DNA of 64,000 nucleotides from a virus (Duplodnaviria; Heunggongvirae; Uroviricota; Caudoviricetes): IMG/VR virus record IMGVR_UViG_2609459822_000013, positions 1 to 64,000 of that record; one strand, 5' to 3'. Shown piece by piece: positions 25,977 to 35,708 of this stretch (position 1 is its first letter; each line of letters starts with the position of its first letter). The notes under the pieces were generated by a model. It saw only the letters and a program-made list of their open reading frames with translations, ran no database searches and was not told where the DNA came from. The position numbers and the translations under genes were made by a program.

Positions 25977-26066
25977 ATGATTGCATCAATATTAACGTTT
26001 ATAGGCGGTATGGCGGCTGGATTCATTCTTTGCATGTTTCTGGTGGTTATGTCTAAGCAGGATTGA
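25977..26066 (+). CDS. mini-ORF 1 of tandem array (29 aa, MIASILTFIGGMAAGFILCMFLVVMSKQD)
   Basis: ATG 2 nt after upstream stop; single hydrophobic helix. Confidence 0.45.
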   Translation: MIASILTFIGGMAAGFILCMFLVVMSKQD

Positions 26067-26068
26067 TT

Positions 26069-26176
26069 ATGGATGATTACATTATCGCCGGATTAATCGG
26101 TATCTCTGTGTTTCTGGTGGGTTCTATTATAGTTGCGCTGATAAACGTATATATCAAGTATTTGGTGGAGGGGTAA
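26069..26176 (+). CDS. mini-ORF 2 (35 aa, MDDYIIAGLIGISVFLVGSIIVALINVYIKYLVEG)
   Basis: starts 2 nt after ORF1 stop. Confidence 0.45.
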   Translation: MDDYIIAGLIGISVFLVGSIIVALINVYIKYLVEG

Positions 26177-26177
26177 G

Positions 26178-26252
26178 ATGATTGACCCGCTCATTATCCT
26201 TTCTGCCTGCGTCGCTGTATGGCTGGCGATCATGATATTCATTGAAAGCTGA
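26178..26252 (+). CDS. mini-ORF 3 (24 aa, MIDPLIILSACVAVWLAIMIFIES)
   Basis: GGAGGGG RBS; starts 1 nt after ORF2 stop. Confidence 0.45.
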   Translation: MIDPLIILSACVAVWLAIMIFIES

Positions 26253-26263
26253 AGGCATCCACA

Positions 26264-26344
26264 ATGAACGCATACGAAATGCTATTGCTGGTGGCTGTAG
26301 TTGTAGTCATTGCCGTAGATGTTTATCGGGAGTTTAAAAAATGA
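26264..26344 (+). CDS. mini-ORF 4 (26 aa, MNAYEMLLLVAVVVVIAVDVYREFKK)
   Basis: paralog-like to mini-ORF 6. Confidence 0.45.
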   Translation: MNAYEMLLLVAVVVVIAVDVYREFKK

Positions 26345-26409
26345 AATGGCTTGATTTCTTTTTCCTGATTGTTGCAATTGTTCTCACTATGATCGCACTG
26401 ACTCAATAG
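26341..26409 (+). CDS. mini-ORF 5 (22 aa, MKWLDFFFLIVAIVLTMIALTQ)
   Basis: ATGA overlap with ORF4 stop. Confidence 0.45.
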   Translation: MKWLDFFFLIVAIVLTMIALTQ

Positions 26410-26417
26410 GTGAGCTA

Positions 26418-26492
26418 ATGAACGCTATTGATATTATGTTGATCGTGTGTACAGTTGCGTTATTTATTATCTTGGTAATTATCAATGTCTGA
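26418..26492 (+). CDS. mini-ORF 6 (24 aa, MNAIDIMLIVCTVALFIILVIINV)
   Basis: GGTGAG RBS. Confidence 0.45.
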   Translation: MNAIDIMLIVCTVALFIILVIINV

Positions 26493-26550
26493 CAGTGATT
26501 TCTTAATTATAGCTATAAGCGCGTTATTAGTTGTCGTTTTCTTCGCGTAA
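26485..26550 (+). CDS. mini-ORF 7 (21 aa, MSDSDFLIIAISALLVVVFFA)
   Basis: overlaps ORF6 stop; paralog-like to mini-ORF 8. Confidence 0.45.
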   Translation: MSDSDFLIIAISALLVVVFFA

Positions 26551-26564
26551 GCAGGATGGAAAAC

Positions 26565-26636
26565 ATGAAAGACTCAGATTTCTTCTATATGGTTTTCACT
26601 ATCGTCATTATTACTTGGGTGCTTTCTGTTATGTGA
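26565..26636 (+). CDS. mini-ORF 8 (23 aa, MKDSDFFYMVFTIVIITWVLSVM)
   Basis: AGGATGG RBS. Confidence 0.45.
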   Translation: MKDSDFFYMVFTIVIITWVLSVM

Positions 26637-26647
26637 AGGGTGAAAAG

Positions 26648-26731
26648 ATGAAAGAATTATTCTACTGGTTGGAAGTATTAACGTACTGCGCAAGTATTGT
26701 GATTTGCGTATATATCATCATTAATTTTTGA
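26648..26731 (+). CDS. mini-ORF 9 (27 aa, MKELFYWLEVLTYCASIVICVYIIINF)
   Basis: GAAGGGTGA RBS; last of array, 10 nt before terminase small subunit. Confidence 0.45.
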   Translation: MKELFYWLEVLTYCASIVICVYIIINF

Positions 26732-26741
26732 GAGGTGAATT

Positions 26742-27227
26742 ATGGCCCGCACGAAAAAGGCAAATGCTGACGATAAAAAGCCAGCAGCCAAAAAGACGGG
26801 CCGTCCGCATGGCTATACCGAAGAAAAGGCATTAGAGATCTGTGAACTAGTGGCGGACGGTCATAGCGTTAATAAAATTTCGAAGATGCCAGGTATGCCA
26901 ACGCGTTCGACGATCCTTAAATGGTTCAGAGATGTGCCGGAGTTTTCGGACATGTATGTACGCGCGAAGGAGATCGGTTTTGAGGTTTTAGCCGATGAGA
27001 TCATAGATATAGCAGATGCAGCAGAGAACACTGATAAAGATCAATTGCGCCGCCATCAACTGATGATTGAAACGCGTAAATGGTTACTGGCAAAACTGCA
27101 ACCGCGTAAATACGGTGAACGCGTCACACAGGAGATTGTCGGCAATAGGGAGGAGGCGCCAGTACAGGTGGAAGTAACGAAAGAAGAGATCGCCCGCATC
27201 GTCCAGGAAGTAGAAGATGAGGTGTGA
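26742..27227 (+). CDS. terminase small subunit
   Basis: 161 aa; N-terminal basic region and HTH; directly upstream of large terminase. Confidence 0.7.
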   Translation: MARTKKANADDKKPAAKKTGRPHGYTEEKALEICELVADGHSVNKISKMPGMPTRSTILKWFRDVPEFSDMYVRAKEIGFEVLADEIIDIADAAENTDKDQLRRHQLMIETRKWLLAKLQPRKYGERVTQEIVGNREEAPVQVEVTKEEIARIVQEVEDEV

Positions 27228-27229
27228 TT

Positions 27230-28708
27230 ATGTTGACAATCAAAGAACGAGTTATTCAGTCCAAATGCGAAAAAGATGGCCTGTTTTTCAATCGCTACTT
27301 CTATAAGCAAGCGAACGGAACGAAGATGTTATTATCAGGCCATCATTTAGCTATCCGCGACGCACTGCAACGCGTTATTAAAGGTGAGATAACCCGACTC
27401 ATCATTAACATCCCCCCGGGGTACGGCAAAACCATGATTGCCACTATCAATATGATGGCGCGGTCCCTCGCAATAAATCCCCGCACAAGATTCCTTCACG
27501 TTTCCTATTCCAACAACCTGGCGCTACTCAACTCCTCGACTGTAAGGAACATGATCTGCACGCCTGAATATCAGGCAATGTGGCCCATGAAGATCCGCAA
27601 CGATGCCAACTCAAAATCGATGTGGTGGACTGAATACGGTGGCGGCGTGTATGCAACGTCATCACTTGGTCAGGTTACTGGGTTCCGTGCAGGGTACATG
27701 GAACCAGGATTTAATGGCGCGTTAATCATCGACGACCCATTAAAACCCGCTGACGCTTACTCTGACGTGGTGAGAAAGCAGGTGAACACCAACTATAACG
27801 ATACGCTTGCATCGCGTCTGGCAGTGCAAACAACGCCTGTTATCGTCATCATGCAGCGCATCCACTACGATGATTTGTCCGGCTACCTGTTACGCGGCGG
27901 GAGCGGTGAAAAGTGGTATCACCTTAACCTGCCAGTGAAGATCGACAACAGCGTTGACTACCGGGATTTGTATCCTGAAAACGAGTTCGCCATCCCTATT
28001 CCTCACAACCTGCCAGACGGCTGGCTGTGGCCTAAAAAGCACAATGACGCCCATGAAGCCGGACTGAAAGCACACAGGCGGTCATTTGAGGCCCAGTACA
28101 TGCAGCGCCCGCGTAAATTCGACGAAGAGGGTGCATTGTGGACTGAAGCCATGATAACCGCAGCGCACCGGATGCAGATAACGCAGGACAAGATCCGCAC
28201 GGTGATAGCCATCGACCCTGCGACAACGTCATCTGATGAGTCAGACGAAACAGGGATTGTAGCCTGTTCCGCTTATGGTGGTGGCAAGAATGCTCAGTAT
28301 TCTGTTGATGGCGACTATTCAGGCCGTATGTCACCTAACGACTGGGCGCAAGCATCAATGAACGCTTATAACATCCATGAAGCTGACGCGATGGTTATCG
28401 AAACCAACCAGGGTGGTGATATGGCAGAGGCCACACTACGCAATGCCGGATTTAAGGGCCGCATTGTTAAGGTGCACGCAAGCAAGGGTAAGTTCGCCCG
28501 TGCTGAACCAATATCTGCGCTATATGCACAAGGAAGGGTGGCACACACTGGTGAGCTATACACGCTGGAAAATCAAATGATGGAATACGTGCCAGCTACC
28601 GCTAAAAAATCCCCTGACCGTATGGACGCTATGGTGTGGGGCATCACTGAATTAAGCCAACCGCAGGCAATGGGCCTCATGTTACCGAAGCGCCTGCGCG
28701 GATTTTAA
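27230..28708 (+). CDS. terminase large subunit
   Basis: Walker A-like IINIPPGYGKT; ATPase plus nuclease-sized protein. Confidence 0.8.
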   Translation: MLTIKERVIQSKCEKDGLFFNRYFYKQANGTKMLLSGHHLAIRDALQRVIKGEITRLIINIPPGYGKTMIATINMMARSLAINPRTRFLHVSYSNNLALLNSSTVRNMICTPEYQAMWPMKIRNDANSKSMWWTEYGGGVYATSSLGQVTGFRAGYMEPGFNGALIIDDPLKPADAYSDVVRKQVNTNYNDTLASRLAVQTTPVIVIMQRIHYDDLSGYLLRGGSGEKWYHLNLPVKIDNSVDYRDLYPENEFAIPIPHNLPDGWLWPKKHNDAHEAGLKAHRRSFEAQYMQRPRKFDEEGALWTEAMITAAHRMQITQDKIRTVIAIDPATTSSDESDETGIVACSAYGGGKNAQYSVDGDYSGRMSPNDWAQASMNAYNIHEADAMVIETNQGGDMAEATLRNAGFKGRIVKVHASKGKFARAEPISALYAQGRVAHTGELYTLENQMMEYVPATAKKSPDRMDAMVWGITELSQPQAMGLMLPKRLRGF

Positions 28709-28786
28709 AAACCATCCCACAATCCCCCGCAAGTTTTTCTATTTTTCGCGTAGCTACGCGTAAACATGTATTCAGGAGTAAACATT

Positions 28787-30157
28787 ATGCCATCCAATTT
28801 AGAATTGGCGGTTAATGCTGCCTTGTCACAACGCCAGGCGGCCTATGCCCGCTATGCAGCGGCACATCCGTTCACTATGGGGATAGATGCCAAACGTGAT
28901 GCTGCGTGGAGCGAATACGGATTCAAAGAAGAGATCACGTATCACGATCTATACAAACTGTACAGACGCGGCGGCATCGCTCACGGTGCTGTAGAAAAGA
29001 TTGTTACGACTTGCTGGCGCACCAAGCCAAAGATGATTGAAGGAACTGAAGACGAGAAAGCGAAAAAGGAAACACCGTGGGAAAGAGAAATCAAGAAGAA
29101 ATTTAACAACAGATTTTGGCGCACTGTTGCTGAATGTGATCGCCGCCGCCTCATTGGTCGTTACTCTGGTCTGTTAATTCATATCAGAGATAACAAGCCG
29201 TGGGATCAGCCAGTGACAAAAGGCGTAGGCATTGCAAAATTTACCCCTGTGTGGGCTGGCGCTCTTACACCGAAGGACTTCGAAGAAAACCCGGATAATG
29301 AAAACTATGGCCTGCCAACGTGGTGGGAATACAAAGAACGCATTAACAGTAAGACCATTGCCAGAAAGATCCACCCTGACCGCATATTCATCTTTGGCGA
29401 CTATTCTGATGATGTCATCGCTTTCCTTGAACCTTCCTACAACGCATTCGTATCACTGGAAAAAGTGGAGGGCGGTAGTGGTGAATCATTCCTGAAAAAC
29501 GCAGCGCGTCAGCTTGCCATTTCGTTCGATAAAGAGATTGACTTCCGTTCCCTGGCTGCAACATACGATTGCGACGTTACAGAGTTACGCGAAAGATTCA
29601 ATGAGGCTACGGCTGAAATGAATAAGGGTAATGACGTAATGATGGCGTTACAGGGTGCGACAGTAAGCCCGCTGGTTACTGCCGTATCTGACCCGTCATC
29701 AACCTATGACGTAAACCTGCAAACCGCCGCCGCTGGTGTTGATATTCCAACCCGCATCTTGGTTGGGAACCAGCAGGGAGAACGCGCATCAACCGAAGAC
29801 CTGCGTTACTTCAACAGCCGCTGCATGACCCGCAGGGAGGAAATCGGTGGCGAGATTGAAGATCTGTTCCGCAAGATGGCAGATCTACGCCTTATCAGTA
29901 TGCCAGTAGATGTATCAGTGCTATGGGACGACCTTAACGCCATGACCAAAGCAGAGCTACTGGAAGCCGCAGACAAGATGGCGCAAATCAATCAGGCTTG
30001 TTTGGCTACTGGTGAAGAAATATTTAGCGGCGATGAGATCCGCGAGGCTGCCGGATACGATGGCCCAGCCAGTGAAGTAGAAACGGAAGAGGATGACGAT
30101 GATGAAGGTGAAGAAAATAATCAGGCGAATACCTCCAGCCGCGATAATGCCATCTAA
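28787..30157 (+). CDS. portal protein
   Basis: 457 aa following terminase; acidic C-terminus; AGGAG RBS. Confidence 0.65.
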   Translation: MPSNLELAVNAALSQRQAAYARYAAAHPFTMGIDAKRDAAWSEYGFKEEITYHDLYKLYRRGGIAHGAVEKIVTTCWRTKPKMIEGTEDEKAKKETPWEREIKKKFNNRFWRTVAECDRRRLIGRYSGLLIHIRDNKPWDQPVTKGVGIAKFTPVWAGALTPKDFEENPDNENYGLPTWWEYKERINSKTIARKIHPDRIFIFGDYSDDVIAFLEPSYNAFVSLEKVEGGSGESFLKNAARQLAISFDKEIDFRSLAATYDCDVTELRERFNEATAEMNKGNDVMMALQGATVSPLVTAVSDPSSTYDVNLQTAAAGVDIPTRILVGNQQGERASTEDLRYFNSRCMTRREEIGGEIEDLFRKMADLRLISMPVDVSVLWDDLNAMTKAELLEAADKMAQINQACLATGEEIFSGDEIREAAGYDGPASEVETEEDDDDEGEENNQANTSSRDNAI

Positions 30158-31043
30158 CACCGAAGACCCGACCATGACAGGGAAGTTAAGGTCGGGAGCT
30201 ATTAAGCGTTTTAAAGCCTGCCTGAAGAAAGTTGCGGATCCGTATATCGCCATACTGGACAAAATACAATATAGCCTGGCTGTTAATAAGAAATATACCT
30301 TCCAGATTTACATGGATGAATTGCACGACATGCTGGAGGACGCCAGCGACATGATTGATGAGATATTCGAGCTAACCGACCCGGAAAGTTTTTGGTTCTG
30401 GCAGGAATACGTGAAGGTCGCGTATCAGCGAGGCACGGCACAGGAATACGCCAACCTTGCTAACCAGTCTGTCACGTACTCAAGCGTTTATCCCGATGTA
30501 TCTGCCGTACTATCAAGCACAACCTACCGCACGCGCCTTGCCCTGGTCCGTACCCGTGTATTTGAGGAAATGCGCGGGCTGACCGCACAGATCAAAAAGG
30601 ATATGGCCCGGCGATTAACAGAAGGGATGGCACGTGGATTAAATCCACTGGAAATAGCGCGCACATTGAATCAGGAAACGCAATTACCACTGTACAGGTG
30701 CAAACGTATTGCCCGAACTGAAATATGCACGGCGTTACGCACAGCGCGCATGGATGAGGCAGAAGCGGCGACAGAAGAATTTAATCTGCGCACTATGCAA
30801 ATGCACATTTCGGCATTGTCACCGACTACCAGGCTATCGCACGCGCAGCGGCACGGGAAAATATACACCATAGATGAGCAGCGCGAATGGTGGAGCAGAA
30901 CCCCAAATTCAATTAACTGCAAATGTAGCACGATTACCGTATTAGTTGACGAAGACGGTAACATATTAAACGAACGAATATTAGATCGGGCGCAAGAAAA
31001 CTATAAAGTTGCGTACGCTAAATATGGCGAAGATTGGGAGTAA
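30147..31043 (+). CDS. head morphogenesis / minor capsid protein
   Basis: position after portal; start uncertain. Confidence 0.5.
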   Translation: MPSNTEDPTMTGKLRSGAIKRFKACLKKVADPYIAILDKIQYSLAVNKKYTFQIYMDELHDMLEDASDMIDEIFELTDPESFWFWQEYVKVAYQRGTAQEYANLANQSVTYSSVYPDVSAVLSSTTYRTRLALVRTRVFEEMRGLTAQIKKDMARRLTEGMARGLNPLEIARTLNQETQLPLYRCKRIARTEICTALRTARMDEAEAATEEFNLRTMQMHISALSPTTRLSHAQRHGKIYTIDEQREWWSRTPNSINCKCSTITVLVDEDGNILNERILDRAQENYKVAYAKYGEDWE

Positions 31044-31048
31044 AAACC

Positions 31049-32317
31049 GTGAGTAAAGAATTGATTCAGGTTAATACCAAATTAACCGCTAATACAATCC
31101 GCCGTGAAACGTATAACGGGCGGGAGCATATTGTTGTTCCGTCCTACACGTTACCCTTTAACATCGTAATGAACCGGGAATATTACCCGGAAGCTGAAAT
31201 TATCGCTAATTACCAGTCACTGGAGGGTACACTTGCCCCGCTGGGCCATCCTACCGTTGACGGTAAATTTGTTTCCGCATTTAGCCCGGAAGGATTAAAC
31301 ACGGGTTTTTGTGGAGCGTGGAACAGAAACGTTGAATTACGCGGCAATCGTGTTTATGTGGAAAAATGGGTGGATATTGAAACAGCCAGCCATTCAGAAC
31401 AAGGCCGCGAATTATTAAGCCGACTGGAATCACTGGAGAAAGGAGAAAGCAAAGATCCTATCTGGTCGTCCGTCGCTGTATACCGTCAACGTATGCCAGC
31501 TACTGAAGAGATGAAAGCCCAGGGCGCTGACCATGTAGTAAAAATTATGTCGATCGACCATGACGCTATTTTGCTGCATGAGCCGCCAGCCGCATCACCT
31601 GAACAGGGTGTAGGGTTGATGGTTAATACTGACCAGGCGAAACCGTTAATGGCGGTGGCAATGAAAGAAAACAGTTACCGTACGCTTGAGAAACAATTAA
31701 CCGACGCGGCGCGTGAATTATTTCCTGATGCCGATTACGTGTATGTTGTGGACTTCACTGATAAAGAAGTGACGATTGCCACTAATACCGAAAGTGCTCA
31801 AGTTTGCGCATATGAAAAACAGGCTGATAAAATTATTCTCAATAATGGCGAGCTTGCAACCAATGAGGAAAGTAAATCATGGTTCGCTCAGTTCGCTGAA
31901 CACCTGTCTAATCTTTTCTCCCTGAATGAAAAAATTAAGGCCAATAAATCGGAGGACGATCCCATGCCTTTGACCAAAGAAGAACGCGCCGAACTGGTAA
32001 AAGAAATTAACGAAGGCTTATCCGCCAATATCGCTAATGCAGTAGCAGAGGCATTAAAACCAGTACAGGCAAGCGTTGAAGAATTACAGACCAATCAGAA
32101 AGCGATTAAAGAAGAGATCGCAGCAAACGCAAATAAAGAAGAAGCAGAAAAACGCGCCGCAGTAGCAAAAGTACACGGCGAAATTGTTGCTAACGCATTA
32201 AGCGGTGAAGCGTTAGAAGCAATGTTTAAATCCCTGGGCAAAGCCGCGCCGATGGCAACCAACGCAGCAAGCGAAGGTAAAAAAGGCGAAGTACCAGACT
32301 TTAACACCTATTTCTAA
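31049..32317 (+). CDS. capsid assembly protein (protease/scaffold-like; Ala/Glu-rich coiled-coil C-terminus)
   Basis: GTG start with GGGAG RBS; C-terminal scaffolding-like segment. Confidence 0.5.
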   Translation: MSKELIQVNTKLTANTIRRETYNGREHIVVPSYTLPFNIVMNREYYPEAEIIANYQSLEGTLAPLGHPTVDGKFVSAFSPEGLNTGFCGAWNRNVELRGNRVYVEKWVDIETASHSEQGRELLSRLESLEKGESKDPIWSSVAVYRQRMPATEEMKAQGADHVVKIMSIDHDAILLHEPPAASPEQGVGLMVNTDQAKPLMAVAMKENSYRTLEKQLTDAARELFPDADYVYVVDFTDKEVTIATNTESAQVCAYEKQADKIILNNGELATNEESKSWFAQFAEHLSNLFSLNEKIKANKSEDDPMPLTKEERAELVKEINEGLSANIANAVAEALKPVQASVEELQTNQKAIKEEIAANANKEEAEKRAAVAKVHGEIVANALSGEALEAMFKSLGKAAPMATNAASEGKKGEVPDFNTYF

Positions 32318-32333
32318 TTAAAAGGGGATCACA

Positions 32334-32762
32334 ATGTCTCGTTTTCGTCGTGTAAATATTGATGGTAAATCCATTACCGAAACCTACACTGCTAAGGTCG
32401 CAGTAAAACCAGGTGAACTGGTAAAACTGGACGGAGGTAAGTTTGCAAAAGCAACCAGTGCTGATGTCGGTGCAGCTCAGTTGTACATCGTCAACCCGGC
32501 ATTCCACGAAGGCAAAACCATTACTGATGCAATCGCTGCAAATGAAACTGTTGTTGCTGATTATGTGGAACAGGGCCGAGAGTTTGCTCTCCTTGTTCCT
32601 GCAGCCGCTTATGTTAAGGGTGCAGCTATTGCTCTCGCAGCCGACGGGGTGAAACTGTTTGTTGCGCCAAGTGAACAGGCAGTGCCAGATCCGATCATCG
32701 CATACTGCCAGGAAGACGTAACCCTGGAGGCGGAAGATTTTATCCGCGTTCGCGTTGCTTAA
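32334..32762 (+). CDS. head decoration/accessory capsid protein
   Basis: 142 aa between scaffold and major capsid gene. Confidence 0.4.
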   Translation: MSRFRRVNIDGKSITETYTAKVAVKPGELVKLDGGKFAKATSADVGAAQLYIVNPAFHEGKTITDAIAANETVVADYVEQGREFALLVPAAAYVKGAAIALAADGVKLFVAPSEQAVPDPIIAYCQEDVTLEAEDFIRVRVA

Positions 32763-32779
32763 TTTAAAAGGGGAAAAAC

Positions 32780-33844
32780 ATGTACTTTACAAAAGAAAAC
32801 CTTGCCACCAACGCCCGTATGCAGGGCCATTGGAAAGAACTGTGGGCGCAACGCAATATCTTCAACGAGCAGCACAACGCCATGATTGCAGCAAATCAGG
32901 CAAATATGACCGCTGAAATGTTGACCTGTAACGCCGTCGGCGGCTTCGCAAAAGAATTCTGGAAAGAAATCGATAACCAGATTATCGAACTGAACACCGA
33001 AGAAATCGGTATTGAGATCGTAAACGACCTGATGGGTGTGCAAACCGTACTGCCAGTCGGTAAAACGCTGAAAATGTACAACGTATCCGGTGACATCAAT
33101 GATGAAGTTGTGATGTCTATGGATGGTCAAGCGCCACACGGCTTTGATCACACCGAATACGATAGCGATGGCGACCCGATCCCGATGTTCGCGGCTGGTT
33201 ACGGTGTTAACTGGCGTCTCGCTCAGGGCTTGAATACTGTAGGCATCGACCTTGCCCTGGATAGTCAGCGCCTGAAACTGAAAAAATTCAACAAAGCACG
33301 CGTCCAGTTCTACCTGAATGGTAACGATCGCATCGTGGTTGATGGTCATAAAGCTATGGGTATTAAAAACCACAAAAGCACCCAGCAGCTTAAACTAAAA
33401 ACCGTCGCAAAAGTCGACCTGACTACTGCGGTTTTCGACAAGATCATTGACTTCTTCACCGTTGGTGAGTTCGGCAAGCTGGCTCGCGCCAACTTCGTAG
33501 CTAAATACGACGTCATGTGGGTATCGCCTGAGATCATGGCTAACCTGGCCCGTCCGCACATCGTCAATGGTGCTGTAGTCGGTAGCGTGCTGAGCGTCAT
33601 TATGCCGTTCGCTCCGGTTGGTGAGATTCGCCAGAGCTATGCATTGTCCGGCAACGAGTTCATTGCTTATCAGCGCAGCCGTAGCGTAATTACCCCGCTG
33701 GTTGGTATGACTACTGGTGTTGTACCGTTACCGCGCATGATGCCGACTGATAACTACAACTTCCGCATCATGTCCGCTGAGGGTCTGCAAATCACCCGTG
33801 ACATGGAAGGTCGTTCAGGAGTGGTCTACGGCAGCAATACCTGA
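32780..33844 (+). CDS. major capsid protein
   Basis: 354 aa; position; followed by strong partial terminator. Confidence 0.7.
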   Translation: MYFTKENLATNARMQGHWKELWAQRNIFNEQHNAMIAANQANMTAEMLTCNAVGGFAKEFWKEIDNQIIELNTEEIGIEIVNDLMGVQTVLPVGKTLKMYNVSGDINDEVVMSMDGQAPHGFDHTEYDSDGDPIPMFAAGYGVNWRLAQGLNTVGIDLALDSQRLKLKKFNKARVQFYLNGNDRIVVDGHKAMGIKNHKSTQQLKLKTVAKVDLTTAVFDKIIDFFTVGEFGKLARANFVAKYDVMWVSPEIMANLARPHIVNGAVVGSVLSVIMPFAPVGEIRQSYALSGNEFIAYQRSRSVITPLVGMTTGVVPLPRMMPTDNYNFRIMSAEGLQITRDMEGRSGVVYGSNT

Positions 33845-33863
33845 TTGATGTGTTTCTGTAGCT

Positions 33864-33892
33864 CCCCGGCGCAATGCCGGGGATTTTTTTTG
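33864..33892 (+). terminator. intrinsic terminator after major capsid gene
   Basis: hairpin CCCCGGC-GCAAT-GCCGGGG followed by T9. Confidence 0.6.
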
Positions 33893-33909
33893 TATGTGGA
33901 GAAAACAAA

Positions 33910-34296
33910 ATGGTTACCACACAACAGGCGCGGGAATATCTCGAAAGCCAGGGGATTGAAATACCAGACGTGGTTTTATCTTTGCTGGTGGAGCAGGCAA
34001 ATAGCGTTAATGAATGCCTTGATGCCAATTATCCGTCCTCCACTGCAACATTGATTCAGCTTTATCTCATTGGCCTGTTAGGACTCAGCCAGGCTGATAA
34101 ATACATTTCCTCGCAGACTGGGCCGAACGGTGCGATCCAGTCCTACCGCTATGTCGATTTTAATAAAAGATGGAAGGCAGCTTGCTCGTTGCTTCGTTCA
34201 ATTGACAAACATAATTGCACAGCCGAACTAATCCCGGCAGATCCCGAAGCCACCGCGCACGCCGGACTATGGATCGGTAAGAGTAGGAGGATGTAA
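33910..34296 (+). CDS. head-tail connector/head completion protein
   Basis: 128 aa; GGAG RBS. Confidence 0.45.
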   Translation: MVTTQQAREYLESQGIEIPDVVLSLLVEQANSVNECLDANYPSSTATLIQLYLIGLLGLSQADKYISSQTGPNGAIQSYRYVDFNKRWKAACSLLRSIDKHNCTAELIPADPEATAHAGLWIGKSRRM

Positions 34297-34298
34297 CA

Positions 34299-34484
34299 AT
34301 GTGGAACGACCTAACACTACCGAAGCCACTAATGCCGAAGCCGTTTACCCGCGTATGGGTGAAGACTGACACCGGGCGACAGGTGGCGGCATATCTCAAT
34401 GATGCTGGTGAATGGGTGATTCTTTGCCCGCGCGTGGCGAAAACTCATCCAAAGGTCATTAGCTGGAGTTACGGCTATGAGTAA
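34299..34484 (+). CDS. hypothetical structural protein
   Basis: 61 aa. Confidence 0.4.
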   Translation: MWNDLTLPKPLMPKPFTRVWVKTDTGRQVAAYLNDAGEWVILCPRVAKTHPKVISWSYGYE

Positions 34485-34845
34485 GATTGCGCGATTCAGT
34501 TACAAGGCATTAGCCACCATCTACCCCGTAACGCATGACGACTGGACAAACGCCGACGTATACGGCGCACCATACCTGATTAACTGCGCATGGGAGCGCA
34601 CCGACGGCACTGCAACAGACACAAACGGTAATGAGGTTAGCAATACAATAACCGTATTTACCGAACTGCTTCATAATATGCAGCCAGTGCAGCGCCCGAA
34701 AAACGGCTGGATGATTGCCACTGGCGACACCACTAATATTTCCGACCCGCTGGTGGCTGGGGCCAACGTTATTACCGGGATCGTTGAATGGGATATGAGC
34801 ATGTTTAACGACACGCCGGATTATAAGATCGTGACAGGGGGTTAA
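34477..34845 (+). CDS. head-tail joining protein
   Basis: 122 aa, coupled. Confidence 0.45.
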   Translation: MSKIARFSYKALATIYPVTHDDWTNADVYGAPYLINCAWERTDGTATDTNGNEVSNTITVFTELLHNMQPVQRPKNGWMIATGDTTNISDPLVAGANVITGIVEWDMSMFNDTPDYKIVTGG

Positions 34846-34847
34846 TC

Positions 34848-35312
34848 ATGCCTATCAAGGGGGTTAAACGCGTCCGTGAGAGATTAAAGCAGGAGCTAAA
34901 GGAAATCACCGATAAAAAGACGCACGAAGTTTTATGGCGCGTCGGTATGCTGGCTGGTGGCTTCGCGGCTAATATGACGCCAGTCGATACGGGCTTCTTA
35001 ATTAACAGTCAGTTCCAGTACATAGGGAACACGGCGGACGGTATGCAATTACGCCTGGGATATACGGCCCGCTACGCTGAATGGGTGCACAATATGCCGG
35101 GTACATTAAAAGGCCAGCCGCGCGAAGATTTCGGCAAAACGAATAACCTTTCAGATTTCGGACCGAAACAGGTAATTAGTTTTGGTGGTGGTACTGGAAA
35201 GGGTAATTATTGGGATCCAAATGCGGAGCCTGGATTCTTGCGTAAGGCATTCGAAGATCCTAACCACGCCGATGATATTTATAAAGAAATTGTAGAAGGT
35301 TACAAAGTATGA
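34848..35312 (+). CDS. tail completion/neck protein
   Basis: 154 aa. Confidence 0.45.
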   Translation: MPIKGVKRVRERLKQELKEITDKKTHEVLWRVGMLAGGFAANMTPVDTGFLINSQFQYIGNTADGMQLRLGYTARYAEWVHNMPGTLKGQPREDFGKTNNLSDFGPKQVISFGGGTGKGNYWDPNAEPGFLRKAFEDPNHADDIYKEIVEGYKV

Positions 35313-35695
35313 AACGCAGCGAAGTTTACGACGAAATAAGGGATTGGATTCAATCCCACGGATACGATGAAGGCTATATTTTGCAGGCCCGTTTCTGGAA
35401 TGAGCGAAGTAATTCGAATAATGACAGATACATCGTGATCCAGCAAAACGGCGGCGCGGCTGGTGAGGAAGCAATAACCCGTGATTATTTCCGCATCCTG
35501 GTTATTTCAGCGCGTAATGATGCAAATATCAGTGAGGTGGAAGACCTTGCCGATGCCATCCGTCAAAGTATGTTAACAGAATATAAAACTGATAAAATTA
35601 CACACATGAAGCCAGTTGGCGCTATTCCTGCAATACAGACAAGAGAAGGGCGCTTTATTTTTACCGTAGCCTTTCAAACCATCATATCAAGATAA
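35309..35695 (+). CDS. tail-associated structural protein
   Basis: 128 aa. Confidence 0.45.
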   Translation: MKRSEVYDEIRDWIQSHGYDEGYILQARFWNERSNSNNDRYIVIQQNGGAAGEEAITRDYFRILVISARNDANISEVEDLADAIRQSMLTEYKTDKITHMKPVGAIPAIQTREGRFIFTVAFQTIISR

Positions 35696-35708
35696 GAGGT
35701 AAATTAAC

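Noticed and set aside
25977-26731. Possibility that the mini-ORF region or the J repeats are a CRISPR array
   Set aside because: No identical direct repeats at regular spacing; the periodicity is that of short coding ORFs with start and stop codons, not repeat-spacer units.
28003-28580. Several reverse- and plus-strand ORFs inside the large terminase gene
   Set aside because: Embedded in a gene with a Walker A motif; no independent support.
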